Assembly (NCBI GenBank): GCA_965112155.1
Contig: OZ218106.1
DNA length: 64,000 nucleotides
Source: Podarcis liolepis
Taxonomy: Eukaryota
Direction: 5' to 3' (one strand)
The position numbers and the translations under genes are program-made. Positions 49,700 through 59,900 of the stretch are shown here, in pieces. The stretch's first letter is position 1; the number at the start of each line of letters is the position of its first letter. The notes beneath the pieces were generated by a model. That model did no database searches, was not told the origin of the DNA, and saw only the letters and a program-made list of their open reading frames with translations.

Positions 49700-52600
49700 T
49701 AAGATGCCGGATTGCAAGAGGTGAAAGAGGAGGATGGTCTGAACATTTGGGGGCATCTCCTCCCCCTAGTGTCACGCTAGCCTGGAGAGGCCCATGGCAC
49801 CCGTGGAAATCCCACGTGGAACTCCTGCATGAGGCCAAGCGGAAAAGCAATGGCACGAGAGAGACAGGCTGCTGGCTGGCAGGGAGCAGAGCCATCAGCT
49901 GGTCCCAGGCTCTGCTCTGCCCCGCCCTTCGCACCCCCTCCAGCAAGCAGCTCCTCCTCCCGCAGCGCCTGGCCCCTGAAGGCGGGCAGCTTCATCCAGC
50001 CTGCAGAGCGCGACGCAGGAGACGGCAAACAAAGGTGATGGTGCGGGGGAGCGACCGAGGGGAGGCGACGGCACCACCCTCTGGCACGCGCCCACTTCGG
50101 AGGAGGAGGAGGAGAGCGGCACAGGATTCCAATTCCCAAGAGCCACCGCGGCAGGATAAAAACCAGGCGCCAGCGGCAACTCAAGGGAGTCGTGCCAGTC
50201 AGTCTCTGGGGTAGCGGGTGTGTGGCGCGGGGTGTCCTCCCGCTGCACCTGCGCAGTGAAGTCTCTCGGGGCAAACTGCCTCCCCCCCCCCACTCCGCGG
50301 TGGCTAATGAATGATAATAACTCGAATGGAAAGGCTTTCACCTTTCTCCAGACCCCTCCTTCCCTTCGCTCTCTCCGCCTCGTGGAAGAAGAAGGGTGGA
50401 CTTGTCTCTCCCCAGCCCCCTCGCGACAATATTGCAACAGCCCCAACCAGGGAGCTGCCTCAACGTATGAACACAAGCCATGGGAGATGGATACGTTAGA
50501 TTATATTCACACACACACACTCTCACAGCACTGCTCTATGGACTCCGCACAGAGGCAGAAAAAAGCGCAACCAAATACTGTATGTCATCTACATACAACT
50601 ATAGTAAACACTTTTATCCGTCCCACAGAGCTCACCTCCCAGGACAGTAAAGTTCAATCCACATCTCTCTCTCACAGAGACACACACAAATACACACACA
50701 TTCTGCTATGCTTCGAAACAGTCCGCTCTCTCCGTCTTTCAGCCCCTCAGAAAGGACCACGACGTGGCCTCACGGGGACCCCCGCTCTCTCCAGCAACGA
50801 GGTCTCCCTCACTTGCTCTCCACAGGACATTTTCTCTCGCACTTTTCCACCCCGTGTCCCCTCACTCACGCACTTACCCTCCCCTCTCCACACACCATCC
50901 TGCCAACATATTTGTGATGATATATCCCTTTCAGGTTCCCTCTTAGCATTAACGTCTAATATCTATCTCTATCTCTCTCACACGCGCAGCTCATACAATC
51001 CCTCGCTCCCTTCTCCGTCTCCCTCCTCGCGCTCCTCCAGCCCCTCGCTCGGCAGTCACACACGCGCGCGCTCTCTCGCAGGACGCATGCGTCTCGCCTT
51101 GTCAGCCCCGGCTTCGCCCGCGTCCAATGGGCGACGAGCAGAGAGAAACAGAGGGAGACAGAAAGACTCGCTCAGCCCAGTTACGCGGAGGTCTCGCTGG
51201 CTCGCGCTAGGCACCTGCCAAGCCAAGGTGTGCCGCAGCCCAGCGCTGAGGCGGCGTCCCAGCCGCCGAGGAAGGAACAATAGGGCGAGGCTAGAGCGCT
51301 CCTCCCGCCTTTTTTCCTCCCTCTTTTTGCTGCTGGGCGGGCAGGGAGGGGAAGCCGGCGGCCAAGAAAGAAGGCAGCGCTTCGGGGCTCTTGCTCCAGT
51401 TTGAGCAACAGCTGCCGGGGCTCCAAGCTGAGGGAGGCTGGGCTGGGCTGGGAGGGGGCTTCTTGGGGCGCCGGGAGCAGCGGAGGGCGGGCGGGACGAG
51501 GGGCCTCTGGCGCTTCAGGGGGAGGCGCTGGGGAGGGGAAGGAGGGGCGCTGAGGAGAGCCGAGGAAGGCAGGCAAGGAGGACTAGCAGGGAAGGGGCAG
51601 GAGGAGGAGGAGGAAGGGAAGGGACTTTCCCCAAAGAGTTGGGGGGCGTCCTAGTGACAAGGCAGCGAGAGGGGGGGCAAGGCGAGTAAAAAGCCAGCGG
51701 CGAGGCGGCTGAGGGGGCAGTTTGACGGCGGAGAGTGGCGAGAGGAAGAGGCTTCGCCGAAGGGGCAGGCAGAGGACGCGAGAGCCGGCGAGGCGCCTCA
51801 GTCTGACGGGGCGGCGGCGGCGGCCGCTGAGGCAGCAACTTCTCCTCGCGCCTTTTCCCGCCTCTTCGCCTCCTCGCCTTTCCCGCCGGCCACCATGATG
51901 ATGATGTCCCTCAACAGCAAGCAGCCCTTCGGCATGGCGCACGGAGGTGGCGGCGGCGGCGGCCTCCACGAGGCCAAGTACTCGGCCCTGCACTCCGCGT
52001 CGCCGTGCACCTCGTCCGCGGCCGCCTCCGTGCCGTCGGCCAGCTCGCCCAGCATCTCCAACGCCGGCAGCGGGGGCGCGGGCGGGCGCAGCAGCGCGCC
52101 CAGCAGCACCACCAGCAGCAACAGCACCTCGGAGGCCCTGCGCCGCGCCTGCCTGCCCACCCCGCCGGTAGGTCGCTCCGTCGCTCCCGAGTGCGGGAAG
52201 GGTGGGAAGGGGGCAGCCCAGGCGCCGGCATGTTTATTTCATGGCCAGGCAGCAAATCAACCCCGCGCGCCTCCCGCCCTCCCCAAACCCAGCGCAGGCT
52301 TCCAAGGGGCTGCCATGAATTTTTACGACCTGCGATGCTGCTGCCGAGCCGGGCTGGGAGGAGGGGGGGGGGGAAAGCGTCAGAAAGAGAGAGAGAGTTA
52401 GAGTTGCCTAACTGCCCCCCTGCTTCTTTCCCCTTCTTTCTGCCCTCGTTGCTTTCCCACTTTCTCTTTCCTTCTTCCCTCCCTCTTGCTCTTCTCTGCC
52501 TCTCTCCCTCCCTTTTTCTATACATTTCTTTCCCCATTTCTCTCTCTCTTTCCAGCTCTCTCTTTCCCCCTATTTCTATCTCTCTCCTCTCCTCCTTTTC

Positions 52601-53650
52601 TCTTTTCATCTCTCTCTCTCTCCTCATTCCCCCCCTCTCTCTCTGAGCAGGGCTGGGCTGCCTCGGATGGCACCCCGAGGAGCAAGGAGGCGAATTCCCT
52701 CTTGGCAGCAGTAATGTGTGCCTTCTATTTGCAATTGCAGAGCAACATCTTCGGCGGTCTGGACGAGAGCCTGCTGGCCCGTGCGGAAGCCCTGGCTGCG
52801 GTGGACATCGTCTCTCCCGGCAAGAGCCACCACCACCACCCGCCGCACCACAGCCCCTTCAAGCCCGACGCCACCTACCACACCATGAACACCATCCCGT
52901 GCACGTCGGCCGCCTCCTCCTCCTCGGTGCCCATCTCCCACCCCTCTGCCCTGTCCGGGAGCCACCACCACCACCATCACCACCACCACCACCACCAACC
53001 CCACCAGGCGCTGGAAGGGGAGCTTTTGGAACACATCACGCCGGGGCTGGCGCTGGGTGCCATGACGGGCCCCGACGGCTCGGTGGTCTCCACGCCGGGC
53101 CACGCTCCCCACATGGCCAGCATGAACCCCATGCACCAGGCGGCTCTCAGCATGGCCCACGCTCACGGGCTGCCCTCGCACATGGGCTGCATGAGCGACG
53201 TGGACGCGGACCCGCGGGACTTGGAAGCCTTCGCCGAGAGGTTCAAGCAGAGGAGGATCAAGCTGGGGGTGACTCAAGCGGATGTGGGCTCGGCCCTGGC
53301 CAACCTCAAGATCCCCGGGGTGGGATCCCTAAGCCAAAGCACCATCTGCAGGTTTGAGTCGCTCACCTTGTCCCATAACAACATGATTGCCCTCAAGCCC
53401 ATCCTACAAGCCTGGCTGGAAGAGGCGGAGAAATCGCACCGGGAGAAGCTCACCAAGCCGGAGCTCTTCAACGGCGCAGAGAAGAAGAGGAAACGCACTT
53501 CCATCGCGGCTCCGGAAAAGAGGTCCCTGGAAGCCTACTTCGCCATCCAGCCGCGTCCTTCCTCGGAAAAAATAGCGGCCATCGCGGAGAAACTGGATCT
53601 CAAGAAGAACGTGGTTCGGGTCTGGTTCTGTAACCAGAGACAGAAACAGA
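49700..53650. promoter_or_regulatory. CpG island covering the POU4F2 promoter and gene body
   Basis: Very high GC/CpG, especially 51000-52400; CCAAT at about 51124. Confidence 0.85.
51895..52167 (+). CDS. POU4F2: POU4F2 (Brn-3b) coding exon 1
   Basis: gccaccATG; MMMMSLNSKQ...EALRRACLPTPP (91 codons); GTAGGT donor at 52168. The MMMMSLNSKQ start and synteny with SLC10A7 identify POU4F2 among POU4 paralogues. Confidence 0.97.
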
Positions 53651-53679
53651 AACGGATGAAATATTCCGCTGGGATTTAG
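52714..53679 (+). CDS. POU4F2: Putative short POU4F2 isoform starting in the intron (MCAFYLQLQ + exon 2)
   Basis: In-frame ATG 27 nt upstream of the exon 2 acceptor. The 9-aa leader matches the mammalian Brn-3b short-isoform N-terminus as I recall it. Confidence 0.65.
   Translation: MCAFYLQLQSNIFGGLDESLLARAEALAAVDIVSPGKSHHHHPPHHSPFKPDATYHTMNTIPCTSAASSSSVPISHPSALSGSHHHHHHHHHHHQPHQALEGELLEHITPGLALGAMTGPDGSVVSTPGHAPHMASMNPMHQAALSMAHAHGLPSHMGCMSDVDADPRDLEAFAERFKQRRIKLGVTQADVGSALANLKIPGVGSLSQSTICRFESLTLSHNNMIALKPILQAWLEEAEKSHREKLTKPELFNGAEKKRKRTSIAAPEKRSLEAYFAIQPRPSSEKIAAIAEKLDLKKNVVRVWFCNQRQKQKRMKYSAGI
52741..53679 (+). CDS. POU4F2: POU4F2 coding exon 2 (POU-IV box, poly-His, POU-specific domain and homeodomain); spliced protein 403 aa
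   Basis: TTGCAG acceptor at 52740. SNIFGGLDESLLARAEALAAVD, H11 tract, DPRDLEAFAERFKQRRIKLGVTQ, KKRKRTSI...VRVWFCNQRQKQKRMKYSAGI*. Confidence 0.98.
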   Translation, partial: SNIFGGLDESLLARAEALAAVDIVSPGKSHHHHPPHHSPFKPDATYHTMNTIPCTSAASSSSVPISHPSALSGSHHHHHHHHHHHQPHQALEGELLEHITPGLALGAMTGPDGSVVSTPGHAPHMASMNPMHQAALSMAHAHGLPSHMGCMSDVDADPRDLEAFAERFKQRRIKLGVTQADVGSALANLKIPGVGSLSQSTICRFESLTLSHNNMIALKPILQAWLEEAEKSHREKLTKPELFNGAEKKRKRTSIAAPEKRSLEAYFAIQPRPSSEKIAAIAEKLDLKKNVVRVWFCNQRQKQKRMKYSAGI

Positions 53680-55340
53680 AGTCTTTGGAAACCTTTCTGC
53701 TTAGAATTTTTTTAAAAACCCCAGAAAAGTAAAATAATAAGTAAACACTAACATTGCAAGGAGACTTTTCCACTTCGATTTCCGGAAGAGAAAGGAAGAG
53801 GCCAGAGTTCATCAAGAGGGTCAGACTGAGACACACACACACTGAGAGAGAGAGAGAGAGAGAGAGACTTTGACTGGAGAAGTAAATTGTCAAGTTGAGA
53901 AAGTTGGCAGCAGAAATAATTGGACTTGAAAGCTCAGACTTTTTGAGCAGGCATCAAAGACAGACTGATTGTGTGAAAGCAGATAAGAAATCTTTATAAA
54001 GGACCGAAGACGTATCAAGTAAGAGTTGTTTTTATTCTTAAAGACATCGTCTTTGTTCAGATGTAAGAGTACCCTTTGCAGCTATTTTTCAGGAAAAAAT
54101 AATAAACCGATTAGAGAGACTGAAACTTTAATCTAGAGTTGAAACTTATACCGTAAGAGAGGCGTCTCAAAAGTATTTTGATTTTTTTAAAAAATAAGAT
54201 GGCAGGTTTTCTGCGATTACACTGCATATTATAAATATATATATATTTTTACTGTGGCTATTATCTGTTTCCTTCTCTTAAGTGATAATGTGGAAGGAAA
54301 GCGCTGATCCTGCTGTGTTCACAGATCTTTTAAGAGCTATTATTAGATTACTGCCAAACAACCCCTTGTAAATTATTGATTTATCTCTCTAGTAACTTCA
54401 TTTTGTGCTCATCCTAATTAATTGCACCTCTTTCATCAAAGTCTAGATAAAAAAAAGTTAAAAGGAAAAAAAGTATGGTTAGTGTAAATTCATTATTTTC
54501 CGTTGGTTGGTAGCGTTTACGAACTTTAAACTTTTTATTACTATTTAAGAAGGAGGAATCCTTTTGGCCATCTGTATATTTTCACCTGAATTGAAACTGT
54601 TTCTCCAGCAAATATTTGTAAGGCGTTCTCACTCTATAGTGGCTGTCCTGCGTTGTTTGTGTAGAATGACTCACTTGTCCAAGGAGGTATTTGTTGACTG
54701 CGTTACATATTTAATGGGGGGATTCCCCAGATCGTCCCCACCACACGCTGCTTAAAAAGACGCCCCTTGAGTAGGCGACAGGGTGGTGGGTTCTGTTGCT
54801 TTTAGATTTCCTTTCATCTAAGTAGCTATCTGTTCTAGATTTCAACGCTATTTCTCGTCAGTGTTCGGGTCTCCTAGTTACTCTTTATTTCCTTTGATTG
54901 CTAGAGGGTGTTTTTCTCTCGCTTTTGCATTATTTTCGGAGGTTTTGTTTGTAGAAAAGCCAAAACGATATTAGGGAGAGCAAAGGAGAGCGAGAGAGAT
55001 CGGGCGCGCAAGAGATAAAAAGGGAGAATGCACTGTTTGTAAATTCACATTGTTCGGTACAACTCTTTTGAAACAAACCCTCCCCGAGGTACTTAGATTG
55101 TGGTACCGTTGTGTATTGTAAATAATTCATTCAGAATTGACGCACATACAGTTATATTCTTACAGATTTCGCTGCATTGCTGTTATGTTCGAAAGGCTCT
55201 TTGAAGTCCTACTTCTGTACATTATGACGATTTCTTTGGTTTTGTTAATAGAAAGTTTATTTATTATGGTAATGTATTGATTTATTTAAAATGTTGTTGA
55301 ATTGTCTTTCATTAAAAAAAAGATTTTAACGTTTTATTGA
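53680..55340 (+). other. POU4F2: POU4F2 3' UTR (approximate end)
   Basis: AT-rich, TE-free stretch after the stop codon. Candidate poly(A) signals AATAAA 54101 and ATTAAA 55311. Confidence 0.55.
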
Positions 55341-56973
55341 CAAAAAAAACCTGTTTCCCGAGTTCCTTCCCCCCCTCCTCATTTTAGATTGTGTTATTGA
55401 ATTTGAACTCTTTCCAAAACGCTACAGAGACTTGTAATTCGAACTCGCTTCTTTGGAAACAGATTTCACTTGAATCAGTGGGACTTACTTTCAATTCATT
55501 GGGTTTAGGATCAGCTAGTCAAGGTATGAGTTATTTCTTTGAGTAGCCCTTTCTATTGACCCAAAGTATTTCAAACTCCTGGCGTGTATTCAGACTAGGA
55601 GAGAACCACAGATCTCTGTACTGGCATTTATTTTCTGGACCTTGCAAGGATTACGTTATTGCTTTCCTCCTGCGCATCGTATGTAAATCTATAACATTTC
55701 CTTGATGGGCTTCAGTGTATTGTGGCTGTAGATAGCCAGATTGCAAAAACCCGGGGCATGGAAAATGACTATGGCGCTTTGGGACTTTGGAAGGGAGCTA
55801 TTCAATTAGCCCGTCTTCGTAGCTGGACTCTGGGAATGATGACGAGGGCAGGTTGAGTCCCCAGAGCTCAGCGCCACCACCGCAGTGCCAAGCGCATAAG
55901 CAGCAAGATCAAGAGACAGACAGAACCGGGGAGGAGGAGAGGAGAGAGGGGGTAAAGAAGAAGAAGAGAAAGGCTTGCCCGCTTATTTGTCCTCATTTCC
56001 TTTACTGCTTAAAGTGCTTCAAAGACATGCGGGGGTGGGGGTGGGGAATCAGCTGCAGCATCACAGCTAAACAAATCTAACCAATAGCGGAGCCAAGTTT
56101 CAAATGTAGGCTGCTGCAATCCTAAACAGACTTAATACGAAGTAGGCCCTACTGAACACAGGCTACTTTTCGAATGAAAATGCACAGGGTTAGGCAGGTT
56201 AGGAGTGCAGAGATTTCTACAAGATGTTCAGGTGGAGAACTTTTCATGTGCTCCTAACCTAGAACAAGACACACTTCTGTGGGAAGACCGAAGACGCCCC
56301 AGGGAAAGATCTGAAAAAAGACAGCAGATTTTCTTTCCCTCACCCCAGCACCCACAGACAAACCGCTGCTGTAGCTCCCCTTGGGTTTGATAAGCGGCCA
56401 CGAATTGCCCCGGATCAAGAGCTAAATTTAAATGATGCCATGCGATCAAAAGATCGCCCAGAAGGAGCTATATAAATACCCGACAGAACTATGCTGTCCT
56501 GGTAAAGAACTAGCAGCCCATAGAAAGCTTTGTATCTGGTGTGTTGTGTCTCCTTGGAATCAAACCGAGGTGTGCAAATTGGCAACCTTATTGCCTAAGG
56601 AGACACGTCTTTGATGTAGCGAGTTTGAATGGGGGCGGGAGGGGGGAGCTGTTTTCTGCTGGAATTTTAAAGCTCTGGTGAGCTTATCTACATCCCCCCT
56701 AAAATGGTGTTAGGGTGATAACATGAAGTCTTCTTGTCATTGCCATTCTGGAGCCGGTTCTGTGGCCTATGAGAGACTGGTCTGTGAGCAAAAAAAAAAG
56801 GTTCCAGTATTTTTTTAAAAAATATTTTATTTGTTTTTTTACGTACAAAAGTTAGCGAGTGGAAACAGCCTCACCACCCTTCCCTTTCCACCCTTTCTTC
56901 CGCCCACCTTTGATTTTTCGGTGACAATGATGATATTGCCACTGCAGCCGATCTGCTCCCTGCCGCCAGTGCT

Positions 56974-56994
56974 TTCAGCACCAAGGACAGCTCC
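56974..56994 (+). promoter_or_regulatory. RE1/NRSE (REST binding site) downstream of POU4F2
   Basis: TTCAGCACCAAGGACAGCTCC versus consensus TTCAGCACCNNGGACAGCGCC. Confidence 0.85.
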
Positions 56995-59900
56995 TCGGCG
57001 CTCTCTTGCTCTCAGTTCAATCTTGCCAGTTTGCCAGAGGCTGTCTCTTCCCTTTCACAGAGGGAGACAGCGAAGAAGAGAGAGGCAATGAGAGAGAGAG
57101 AGAAAGAGAGGGGGCGACGGAGTGAGCTGGGAAGGAGGGGTGGGTGGAGGAAGGGAGATGAATGTGGCAGCTTTTTGCTACTGGGACTCAGCAAACTAAA
57201 CGAAGTTTCATTTGATCTTAGAATATACGCTCACGTGCGAACCTACTGCAAATACGTTTAAGAAAACAAAATACCGAGAAAGGGGGAAAGATTTGCAACG
57301 GAGGCGCAAAATATTGGCAACGAAGCCACTTAATATTTTGAGCTGACACAAATCCATAGGCTTTGTACATATGACACAGAGAAGAATAAAGGGCGCTACC
57401 CCCCACCGCCGACAGTACAAGAGTTGATATCTCGTTGCTGAAATGATGCATCATATTATAATGGTGTAATTTCACCATTAATCGATCAAATAAATCTTTC
57501 TTCGCGTTATGTTAATTCAGAGCCCTATTGCTTCCAAGCACAAAGTATTTCTCTTTCATTTGCTTATTAGGTGTAATCAGGAAGGCATTCGAAGGAACTG
57601 TGTTTTCCTTGATCTCTTGTTTTTCTATGAATGCAGGTTCCTTGCCTGATAAACTGATACAGACAAAAAAAAACACCACCCTGATTTTGTTGGCTACAGT
57701 CTATTTCGATTTTCTAGAAAGTAGCGGCGTCTGACGCTAAAAGGAAGAAGTTAGTCGGTTCTTTGTAACGCCACCTTTTAAGATTCGCCTGTCGGTACCG
57801 AAATATTATTATTGATACACTTTGAACGGCTAAGAAGTGCTTCCTAGGAGCCTGATAGTCTTTCAATCAAAGCAGATGGCCCATATGCTGAGAGATATTT
57901 TTGACAACACTCAAAAGGGCGCAGCAGTTGCTGCTAGGGATAGTTGTTAAGACATGGAAATATGATCCCGGGGATGGAGTTGGCTGAGGTGGTGGACACA
58001 GAAAGTATAGATTGGAGTTGCGCACACACTTGAAAAAAAAAGGGGGGGGACCAGTGCTTTGGACAAAGCGTTCGGAGTTTCGTCTTTATTGGCAGACAGC
58101 TTCTGTAATAGGGGTCCATTTTTCTCCGTTTCCACGTTAGGTCGATCAAAAAGGACACACACACACACACACACTGTTGATGGGGGTGGGGATTGTCAAC
58201 AAAGAAGCAGAACTTCAGTGCACATTCTCTGTGTCTAGAACTGAGTTTTACCTACACATTTCTGCTGCAGCTGATTCTTTAAAACTGAAAACTAAATCTA
58301 TGAGGACAGAGTTGATGTTGGTGCTACTGACGATGAGCATTATGATTATTTTATTTTAATAAAAGTATCTCACGTCTTAATCTGGTGAGGATAGGAAAGG
58401 CAGCCTCAACATTTACTATTTACTAGTCAACTATTTACTAGTTCAATAGTGTAGATTTTTTTCAGGCATCGGGGAGCGCCAGCGTGCGACAAATGTATTT
58501 TGGCAAGAAAAGAATTCAGCAAAAGGCGCTGTCCAAAATATAGCTCTTTTAGTGATAATTTTTTGGTCCACAAGGGATGGATGAAATATTAGCAGACCCC
58601 CTTATTTTTCGTTCTATGTGTAATGGGGGATCCTGTTCGGAAATCTTGCAACTCGGTTGAATCTGGAACTTGAGTATAGCTAACAGTGAGGAAGAGCAAA
58701 GACGAGGAAGAAGAATAGCGACTATACTGTATAGCTCTGAAGACAGGACAAGCCCCGAAAAAGCACGAGCCCCAGTGACTAAGGACTGTAGAGGAGGGGG
58801 GGGGGGGTTGTCCAGAGACCTGCGCAAGGCGAGACGAAGTCTTTGCACTTCCTCTTGGCCCTCTTAAATGAGCCATTCACTTAAAGGCTATTAATAAATT
58901 ACACGGCGAATTATTAAATCCAGATAATTACAAGGAATAAGTAAGTAATCATTCGTTATCTCAGCTAATTACTGTGGGTCACAGTGAGCTGGAATGTGAA
59001 ACTCTCCTCGGGAATTGAAATTAACTTCGCGCAGCGAGGCTTTGCTTGACATCCCTAGTCTGCAGGCGCGTGGCAGCTCCCCTGCGAGGCCCGGCCTCGC
59101 TATTTAACTTGCAGAGAATGGAAATAAAATTAAGTGGCGATAATAGGAAGCTGCTTAGAAAGTCAAAACGCAGAGAGGCAGAGACAGAGGAGAGAGAAAG
59201 ATTGCCTCTTTTTTTTAAAAAAAAGCAATCTGGAAACATCAACCAATCCTATATTTTTATATCTATATTATATGTGAGCTAGGCCTGGAAGCCGAAAGTA
59301 TCCTACGGTCACGCCTTTAATCACCTATTAAAGGCAGATGAAACCGGGGCGCCAAGATCGAGGGCGAAGGAGCGTCCTCCCTCCTTTCATACTGCAAAAA
59401 AAGGGAAGGGCTCTTGGAACCGAGAGCGCTCAGGGAAGCAGCGTGCGCTTTGTTTTGAAGACAATAAAAGCCTTCATCTGGCAACTGCGAGAACCTAATG
59501 AGGGAGCAGTGTCGCCTCTTCTGTGGATCTTTCGCCAAGTCTCGCCCAGAGCTAATGTCAGGATTCCCCACCATCTCCTTATTCAACACGACCCCCGCCC
59601 CCCCTTAAAGCGTAAGTGTATTTTTGTAACGAGCAAATCTACAGTGCGCACTACTAGGTGATCACCTCCGTTCCTTTCTCTACATCTAATGTTTTAGTGC
59701 GCGCACACACACACACGCTGTGGATGGGAAGAGCATGTTTTTAATCACATATTGGAGAAGAAAAAGGAGGAAAATCTGGGGCTTTTTATCAGTTGTAATT
59801 AGGTGGACAGTCTTCCTCCCCTTTCCTTGCTGGAGCCTGGGATGATAATTAAAATTTAATGAAGCCTGGGACTGGAGGGAGCCTCGTCTGGGGACTCTGG

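Noticed and set aside
50220-51404. 394-aa ORF upstream of POU4F2
   Set aside because: Non-ATG start, runs through (CA)n/(CT)n low-complexity and GC-rich promoter sequence, no recognisable domain.
52486-52713. N-terminal extension of the 397-aa ORF (Leu/Ser/Phe-rich)
   Set aside because: Translation of the intronic pyrimidine tract; the true exon 2 starts at 52741.
51181-53504. Multiple antisense and alternative-frame ORFs over POU4F2
   Set aside because: Shadow ORFs caused by high GC content and codon bias.
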